Shown here: piece after piece, positions 57,606 through 64,000 of the stretch | Position numbering within the stretch: the stretch's first letter is position 1 | Layout of the letters: each line of letters starts with the position of its first letter | Source of the DNA: Smithellaceae bacterium | Lineage (GTDB): Bacteria > Desulfobacterota > Syntrophia > Syntrophales > Smithellaceae | Direction of reading: 5' to 3' | Assembly: GCA_963667845.2 (NCBI GenBank) | Contig: CAXXVL010000002.1 | Coordinates: 2,816,001 to 2,880,000, forward strand | DNA length: 64,000 bases | Translations under genes and position numbers: made by a program | Notes under the pieces: model-generated | Databases searched by the model: none | What the model saw: the letters and a program-made list of their open reading frames with translations, nothing else | What the model was told of the DNA's origin: nothing

Positions 57606-57782
57606 ATGACAGAGAAACTTGATCAGAAACAAACCGTCGATCTCAAAGAATTGCTAATGTCTGAAGTGATTCAGTCAGAGGCATTGATCAATCTTCTGGA
57701 CAGGAAAGGCATTATTAGTAAACAAGAATTGCTAGAAGAAATGAAAATGGTTCAATCGACGATGATCAAATCAAAGGGGTAA
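57606..57782 (+). CDS. Small hypothetical protein (58 aa)
   Basis: MTEKLDQKQTVDLKELLMSEVIQSEALINLLDRKGIISKQELLEEMK...; below the ORF-track cutoff; directly follows the nuclease gene. Confidence 0.6.
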   Translation: MTEKLDQKQTVDLKELLMSEVIQSEALINLLDRKGIISKQELLEEMKMVQSTMIKSKG

Positions 57783-57847
57783 ATCAACAGCATAGTGCAC
57801 GATGAAACAGCATCGAACCTATTACAATATTATGGATATCGATACTC

Positions 57848-58570
57848 ATGCAGCGCAAAAGACTTAAGAGCAATCTGTCTGTTTCGGTTTTGCTGGTCAT
57901 TTTGGTTATCTCAGGTAGTTCCTGCTCAAAAGACTTGGCGGTGTCCGGCAAGGCTACAGACGAATCATCGCAGTCACTGAGACAGACAAAGACTATTGGC
58001 AATCTCCATACGCACACCACCTGTTCCGATGGAAAGAACACCTATGAGGAAATAGTGCAATATGCCCTCGGCTTGAATTTTGGATTTATTGCGATCACGG
58101 ATCACAAGTTTGGAGGTTCACCTCTATGCGAAGCTGTGATCTCCCAATGCCTAGCCGAGAAACGCTTGCTCTGTATTCCGGGCCAGGAAGTCACGGGGAA
58201 AGTCCATCTCCTCGCCATTGGTATCCAGCATGAAATTGACAAGCGCCTATCTGTGAAGAAGCAAGTCGAAGAGATCCATAAACAGGGCGGGGTGGCTATT
58301 GCCGCCCATCCTTTTAGGAAAGGCAACGCATACACAGATAAAGAACTTTTTGAAACAGGTCTGGATGCTGTGGAATGCAGAGGCATACCCGCAAAAAAGG
58401 AAAAAGATTTCTATGCAATGCTTAAGGAACACAATATTCCTTGTGTATATAACTCTGATGCCCATATCACTTTGCAACTGATACTGACATGGAATACCTG
58501 TGACGGTGAGATCACAAGCCTTGATGATCTTAAAAAAACATTAAAGACAGGAAAGTGCAGAAGACGGTAA
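57848..58570 (+). CDS. PHP-domain metallohydrolase, probable lipoprotein
   Basis: LHTHT..SDG, ITDH, G.EV, AHP, SDAH. Confidence 0.88.
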   Translation: MQRKRLKSNLSVSVLLVILVISGSSCSKDLAVSGKATDESSQSLRQTKTIGNLHTHTTCSDGKNTYEEIVQYALGLNFGFIAITDHKFGGSPLCEAVISQCLAEKRLLCIPGQEVTGKVHLLAIGIQHEIDKRLSVKKQVEEIHKQGGVAIAAHPFRKGNAYTDKELFETGLDAVECRGIPAKKEKDFYAMLKEHNIPCVYNSDAHITLQLILTWNTCDGEITSLDDLKKTLKTGKCRRR

Positions 58571-58635
58571 GCAATAGGTGGAACAGGATTCATGCGCCGA
58601 TGACAAACCAAAGGCATGAATAACGGAATTTCATT

Positions 58636-58878
58636 ATGACCCCGATAGAATCAATTTTTGAGATTAGATCCAGTGTTCACGATCTTCAGGCCTACCTGCA
58701 TTCCAAAGACAGTTTGGTTGCTAAAAAGGCACGAACGAAATACGAACATCTGGTTGACAGATTTTTCAGAGAACATGGCCGCGTTGTAAATCCGGCACAG
58801 CGCTCCCAGTGTTTGAACGATCATGCTTATTTTTTGACTTTGCTAGATTCTGCGGAAAGTAAGTATTACTGCGACTAG
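58636..58878 (+). CDS. Hypothetical protein
   Basis: 80 aa ORF, co-oriented with neighbours; no motif recognised. Confidence 0.55.
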   Translation: MTPIESIFEIRSSVHDLQAYLHSKDSLVAKKARTKYEHLVDRFFREHGRVVNPAQRSQCLNDHAYFLTLLDSAESKYYCD

Positions 58879-59352
58879 GAATATTCAATAACGATCTGAT
58901 AAATTATTACTGCAACGTGAATAAGGTTCTTCCTGTTATCAATAAACTTTTTTCTTTCCTATGCAATCTTTCAATCGCTAACCAGCAAGATTGCCTCTTT
59001 TGCAACGCTAATAATACAAGATTGAAAATTTAACTTCTTTCTTACATAATTCCGTTTCTTCTTGCAATGTTTTCAACATATTGCATTATATTATTTTCCT
59101 TACATCCTAAAAAAGGACGCTAGCAGGAGAATAAAAACTGATGCTTCAATATCTTATTACTTGCTTGTGCAAAGTTATGTTTGAGATCCGCGTGAAACTT
59201 TAGTATATTTTCTACGCCTTTTATTTTATGTCGTGATCAATCATAATACTTTCCGTATATTAAAATGTTATGTATTATAGGAATGACTGGATTCAACGAA
59301 AACGGACATTCACAAATATTTAAAATCTCTCTTAAGCGAAGCATTTTAGATT

Positions 59353-61779
59353 ATGCCTAAAACAAGAGATAATCACTATGTTCCCGAATGGTATCAAAAA
59401 GGATTTCTCCCAGGCAACTCAAATCAGCTTCATTATTTAGATCTTGCCCCTGATACAAAACGGCTTACTGATGGTCGTATCATCACTATGAATTGCAGGA
59501 GCATGAGACCTACATCCACGTGTTTCTACCAAACAGATTTATACACTACATTTTTCGGTGAATATATAAATGATGAGATAGAAAGACTTCTCTTTGGCCA
59601 GATTGACAATACCGGATCAAAGGCAGTGCGTGCTTTTATTGGCGAAGATGTGGGTGAATGGCACCACCGTTTTTCAGATTTTTTTTCTTATATAGATTCT
59701 CAAAAGATACGAACTCCAAAAGGTCTGGATTGGATCAAAAAACACTACCTTAACCTTAATCAGGTAGAATTAATGATAGAGATGCAGGCAATAAGGAATA
59801 TTCATTGTACATTATGGACAGAGGGTGTCAGAGAAATTGTCTCCGCAAAAAGCTCGGACGTAAAATTCATTATTTCTGATCATCCTGTCACCGTCTACAA
59901 CTATGCCTGTGACCCGTCAAACAAGCAGTGTATGTATCCCGATGATCCGTCGATTGCACAAAAGGGCACGCAAACGATATTCCCCCTCAATAATGATTAT
60001 TGTTTAATACTGACGAATCTTGAATATGCAAAAAATCCAAATGAACAAGATCCAACAGAGAAGCGTACTAATGCACGGTTCGTAAGACAAAGCATGGTAA
60101 GGACAGATGCATTTATCAGGACCCGAAACTTAAATGAAAACGAAATTTCAACAATTAATTCAATATTAAAAAGGAGAGCGAGAAGGTATATCGCGGCACA
60201 AAAAGAAGAATGGTTGTATCCAGAAAAAAGAATATCCTCCGGTTGGTCTGATATGAAGGAGGTACTTCTTCCCCCCGAGAATGAACTCTATCATTTCGGT
60301 GGGGAGCTATATGCAGGTTTTCAAGATGGAAGAACCTACTATCAGGACGCCTTTGGCCGTTCCATTCCAGAAAATAAATATCTAAAAAAAACAAATAATA
60401 AAGATAAAATTGGGAGCAATGATCCTTGCGGCTGCGGCAGTGGTAAGAAGTATAAAAAATGCTGCATGAATAAAAAAGAAGAAGACCGGACATCATGGGA
60501 TGTATTGAGCATTCGAGAGCGTAACCTAATTTTGTATAGTGGAGTGCGAGACATTCTTGGTTTCAATAAGGGGAAAGACTGGGATGATGTAAGGCGCGAA
60601 CTAAGTAATGAACAAATTATCAAAATCCATGAACTTTATGGATTCCTGTGGCCCATAGATACGGATGTATTCACTTTGCTTCCAAAGCCGGATAACACGC
60701 TTAGGGCACTTTACACAGGAATGATAGATCCGAGAGTGGCTACTTTATTCGCATTGGGGGCCGTTCCATATTTTGATGAAGTATTAATACAGCATCCATT
60801 TATCAATCCTGGTGCCGTCAAACCTGAATTTAATCCTGTTAATTCTCCACACCAGTATAAACACCAAATGCTAAAAAATCTGCTATTGTTCTTGTATCTG
60901 GAACCTTTCATTAGGTCAGGTCTAGTAAATTTTATTCCTGACCCATGCTTTTTTGATCAGCATTTACACCGGCAAATGCTAAACATGGCGACACAACGTA
61001 GAAGTGTAGTTAATATTAACCAACATGAGGCAGATCGGTATATGAAATTGTGTCAGGACGATTTTTCACGCACAATACACTTATTACCGAAGGAACATCG
61101 CATATCTCAAATTCGTAAAGTTATGCCCGAATTATCGGCAGAGCAAATAGAAGAAATACTTCAATATATGGAAAAAATGAATCAGAAAGATCCTCTTTCG
61201 CTATTGCAGGATAGTGCGCTCAGTGAAGGTGGGCAGATGATGATAGTGAGTATGGCACCAAACTTTGAAATGTCATTATTTATTGCTCAAGCAACCGGTT
61301 CGATAATTCTTACAAATAGCGAGACTCGGTGGGAAGAATTGAAAGCTGCGCAATATAGGGAGGGTGGCATGGTAAACCATCCTTGGTCAGATTTAAGTAA
61401 TTTTTTAAATAACCTTAGATATTGTTTTAGTGGCGACCCAGAAAAGAATTTTATTCATCGAATGAGTGGGAATTTTGGAAGTTTAAGAAAGGTTTTTCGT
61501 GAGATTTATTTAACCCTTCGGAATAACCAAAACATTCCAGACGCAATCCTGACAGGAAGACGAAATAAAGAATTCAAGATTAGTCTTGAATCTGCGTTAA
61601 GGAGCTATGATGTAGATAAACAATTTACCTTTGATGTAAAAATGAACTTCCTAATGCCCAAGGGAGGCTTTATCGACAACAACGTACAACGGTTACTATT
61701 GAAATCTGGCAGCGAAAAACATCTTAGTAACGCATCAATGGTAATTTTTGTCGAGCCACGCAATACTAACAAACTATAA
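59353..61779 (+). CDS. DUF4238-domain protein with internal SEC-C motif
   Basis: NHYVP..Y..GF, E, RTP and FI.SD.PV motifs; central NDPCGCGSGKKYKKCC. Confidence 0.82.
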   Translation: MPKTRDNHYVPEWYQKGFLPGNSNQLHYLDLAPDTKRLTDGRIITMNCRSMRPTSTCFYQTDLYTTFFGEYINDEIERLLFGQIDNTGSKAVRAFIGEDVGEWHHRFSDFFSYIDSQKIRTPKGLDWIKKHYLNLNQVELMIEMQAIRNIHCTLWTEGVREIVSAKSSDVKFIISDHPVTVYNYACDPSNKQCMYPDDPSIAQKGTQTIFPLNNDYCLILTNLEYAKNPNEQDPTEKRTNARFVRQSMVRTDAFIRTRNLNENEISTINSILKRRARRYIAAQKEEWLYPEKRISSGWSDMKEVLLPPENELYHFGGELYAGFQDGRTYYQDAFGRSIPENKYLKKTNNKDKIGSNDPCGCGSGKKYKKCCMNKKEEDRTSWDVLSIRERNLILYSGVRDILGFNKGKDWDDVRRELSNEQIIKIHELYGFLWPIDTDVFTLLPKPDNTLRALYTGMIDPRVATLFALGAVPYFDEVLIQHPFINPGAVKPEFNPVNSPHQYKHQMLKNLLLFLYLEPFIRSGLVNFIPDPCFFDQHLHRQMLNMATQRRSVVNINQHEADRYMKLCQDDFSRTIHLLPKEHRISQIRKVMPELSAEQIEEILQYMEKMNQKDPLSLLQDSALSEGGQMMIVSMAPNFEMSLFIAQATGSIILTNSETRWEELKAAQYREGGMVNHPWSDLSNFLNNLRYCFSGDPEKNFIHRMSGNFGSLRKVFREIYLTLRNNQNIPDAILTGRRNKEFKISLESALRSYDVDKQFTFDVKMNFLMPKGGFIDNNVQRLLLKSGSEKHLSNASMVIFVEPRNTNKL

Positions 61780-61861
61780 ATAATACCATCATTCCCATGG
61801 CGGATGCAGTCATTTAATAAATATTAGATAAAAGCAATTAAATGCTATCGCTTATAAACTT

Positions 61862-62131
61862 CTACTTCGCTTCCCGCATTCCAGTCTTTTTCTTGCTTCC
61901 CATCTGTTTACTTATTTTCTCTTCAACGAGTGACATAACTTTTGATGCGGTGAGATTGAAGGCTTTGGCTAGTTGAAAAATCGTGATCAGGGAAGGTTGC
62001 TTATGGCCACATTCCAAAAGTGAAATGAAACTGCGATCAAGATTGCTTACATCGGCAAGTTTCTCTTGAGAGATTTGATTTGCCTTCCTCAGCTCTCTTA
62101 TCACTTCCCCAAATGCCTCTTCGATCGTCAA
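61862..62131 (-). CDS. XRE-family HTH transcriptional regulator
   Basis: FG..IRELR....SQE.LA...LDRSFIS.LE.G..QPSL.TI..LA; AAGGAG RBS before TTG 62131. Confidence 0.88.
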   Translation of the reverse strand: MTIEEAFGEVIRELRKANQISQEKLADVSNLDRSFISLLECGHKQPSLITIFQLAKAFNLTASKVMSLVEEKISKQMGSKKKTGMREAK

Positions 62132-62483
62132 GTTCGTCTCCTTGTTGATGGAACTTAACAGAAGCGAGAGGGATATTCTGTTGACTATTGGCAACACATT
62201 GTTTATAAAACAAAAGCATTCCCATTATAGAGCGTAAAATTATTTGCGGTTGTCAGAAAAGATAATGCATTAAAATTATCTGAACAGTCGGTGAGGCTGT
62301 CATGGACGAACTGATTATAGAACCCCGTTACTCAAGAAGAGTGCGGGTTTTTTTGTTCATTGTAACCGGAACTACAAACATAAAACTGACTTAGCGAAAG
62401 AAGCCAATCTACTAGACTCGGACTTTATGACTTCATGGTGTCTTTATTAGCGGGTGAAAGAAAATCGAAAAGGAGGCATCTTC

Positions 62484-62840
62484 ATGACAATGTCAAAAGC
62501 TGTTCCAGTTTTTAAGATACGTATAATAATGGGATCTTTAGTAATTCTATTTTCTTTTCTTGCCATCAATTGCTACGCGGATATTTTTGGTGCATGTAAC
62601 TATTATGAATGCATTTTAGATGAAATGCCAGGAGTTAAGAATGATATTGTAGCAAGACAAATCATTGCAAATTGCGCATCTAAATGTCCAGATAAGTCTA
62701 CAAAGAAAAAAACAAGATTAGGTTTTTCTGGTAGAAGGACTGCCTCAAAATGTTTTTTAAAGTATGCAAAAGATACCACCAGTGAAGTAGGGGCACGAGT
62801 AATACGGTATTCTTGTTATTCATTATATCCAATAGATTAG
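62484..62840 (+). CDS. Secreted Cys-rich protein with two C-x(n)-C helical repeats
   Basis: AAGGAGG RBS; signal peptide; Y.ECIL..M.G......A..I...C and a second similar unit. Confidence 0.7.
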   Translation: MTMSKAVPVFKIRIIMGSLVILFSFLAINCYADIFGACNYYECILDEMPGVKNDIVARQIIANCASKCPDKSTKKKTRLGFSGRRTASKCFLKYAKDTTSEVGARVIRYSCYSLYPID

Positions 62841-62903
62841 ATTTAGATATTATTTATCAGCATTAATACTTACAGGCAGAGTTATTTTCCAGGGAGGTTC
62901 TTT

Positions 62904-63102
62904 ATGAAAAAAATCGGAAATAATCTTGGTGGTAGGCCATAGAAACCTTACTGGCCATCTATGGCATATCAGCAATGATAATGGCTACATACTATAACTG
63001 GAAGTATGCTGTTGAAAACGGATTTATCCAGTGGCTTTTTTTGGTGAGATTATCGCGTCACTAAAAGCATTAATTTGGCCGTTTTTTGTTTTTTTTACAT
63101 AA
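62904..63102 (+). pseudogene. Small membrane protein gene broken by two frameshifts
   Basis: GGAGG RBS; three frames join to MKKIG...IETLLAIYGISAMIMATYYNWKYAVENGFIQWL-FGEIIASLKALIWPFFVFFT; second shift falls in a T7 run. Confidence 0.5.
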
Positions 63103-63130
63103 AGAAGTTAAGGCTGTCACAATATTAATT

Positions 63131-63721
63131 ATGCGATACCTTGTTTTATTAAGAACCTTATTTGTTTTTGTTGTGATCATGGGGCTTCCTCATATCACAT
63201 TGGCAGATGACGACCTAAATTTCGTTTATAATTTGTGCATACAGGGAATGTCTTCTGAACCATCAATCACAAGAGCGGAATCCGAAACGTTCTGCTCTTG
63301 CGCGATTGATGAGGTTAAAAAAGGCATTACTCAGGGGCAAAGATCATCAATTAGAGAACTAAAAAGGCTGATGAAATTGAATCAAGCAGTTCCTCAAGAT
63401 TTATTTCAAAAGTCAGGACTGAAGGGATTGATTGTTAAGAGCCAAGATCACTGTAGTAAATTACAATGGCCCGTAGCATCAAAGATTAGCGAAAAAGATC
63501 ATAAAAAATATTCTTCAATGGCAACAAGAAGTGTCGTCGAATTCGATGCACTACTGGGTGCTCGCTGCGATAAGTATCCAAAGTCAAAAGAACGCAATCG
63601 GTGTCTCGTCGATGCCGCGAAGGAATGGCTTAAGACCAAAGGCAAGCACTATGCTGGAATCCCGCCTGCCTACCTTACGGGAAATGACCTTGCCAAAGCG
63701 TTCATTGACAAGGCTCAGTAG
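63131..63721 (+). CDS. Secreted hypothetical protein
   Basis: Signal peptide from ATG 63131; C...FC.C...C pattern. Confidence 0.7.
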   Translation: MRYLVLLRTLFVFVVIMGLPHITLADDDLNFVYNLCIQGMSSEPSITRAESETFCSCAIDEVKKGITQGQRSSIRELKRLMKLNQAVPQDLFQKSGLKGLIVKSQDHCSKLQWPVASKISEKDHKKYSSMATRSVVEFDALLGARCDKYPKSKERNRCLVDAAKEWLKTKGKHYAGIPPAYLTGNDLAKAFIDKAQ

Positions 63722-63800
63722 GCCAACCCTGAATGGGTAGCCGAGAGTTTTTCTCCGTATTCGGTTAAGCACTTCCAAAATTAACTGCAAGGAAAATGAC

Positions 63801-64000
63801 ATGGGACTATTCGATTTTCTTAAAAACACCAAAAGCCAGCCTACAACTATCAAATCAGGTGAAGAACGGATTTCTAAAATTGTTAAAGAAATTGCTAAAT
63901 GTTATTCTGATTTCTTTACCGATATGGCAAGACCATTATACGAATGTATCGATAGGAATGCGAGGGCTATCAGGATCGGCTCAGAAATCCCAATGATGGC
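63801..64000 (+). CDS. Hypothetical protein, partial (runs off the window)
   Basis: ATG 63801 opens MGLFDFLKNTKSQ... with no stop to the window end; AAGGA upstream. Confidence 0.65.
   Translation, partial: MGLFDFLKNTKSQPTTIKSGEERISKIVKEIAKCYSDFFTDMARPLYECIDRNARAIRIGSEIPMM

Larger units (their letters stand above)
39822..64000. mobile_element. Putative tRNA-Leu-anchored genomic island (right end not in window)
   Basis: Switch to AT-richer accessory genes after the tRNA; hairpin plus tandem TGTCCCCACT repeats next to the tRNA. No island integrase or duplicated tRNA 3' end seen. Confidence 0.65.

Noticed and set aside
63796..63996. 66 aa ORF in the track
   Set aside because: The overlapping frame from ATG 63801 (MGLFDFLK...) is open to the window end and looks more like a real N-terminus.

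Overview
The window has two parts. Positions 1-39.8 kb are ordinary chromosomal backbone whose gene content suggests a Gram-negative deltaproteobacterium (Syntrophales/Smithella-like; inference only). It carries a tandem pair of multi-SBP polar-amino-acid ABC permeases plus ATPase, dinB, rpiB, xerD, a kdsA-kdsC-lptCAB-rpoN-hpf-ptsN-hprK-like-rapZ cluster, coaBC, UDG, nfeD/stomatin, hrpA and mtaD, and ends at tRNA-Leu(TAA) at 39734-39821. Downstream of the tRNA the sequence is visibly more AT-rich and accessory, consistent with a tRNA-anchored genomic island that runs past the window end. The main discovery is an integron-type gene cassette array at about 43.2-53.7 kb: 13 co-oriented single-gene cassettes plus a truncated 14th, separated by 13 short (about 55-65 bp) related attC-like sites and preceded by an attI-like site, with no integron integrase in the window (CALIN-like). 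For most cassettes the downstream R'' box is complementary to the GTT box at that cassette's own 5' end, the footprint of insertion as circles. The cargo is rich in candidate anti-phage effectors (HhH glycosylase-like, wHTH-NDT-like, Abi_C, two HEPN-like, DUF4041/GIY-YIG, PD-(D/E)xK). Other oddities: a diverged ~200 bp non-coding repeat with a co-varying hairpin flanking a protease-FHA gene pair, a 696 bp identical block shared by two otherwise diverged ABC genes built from circularly permuted SBP domains, a dif-like site upstream of xerD, a 171 bp nested palindrome, and a possible group IIC intron scar near the window end. All calls are by eye from motifs; no database searches were run.
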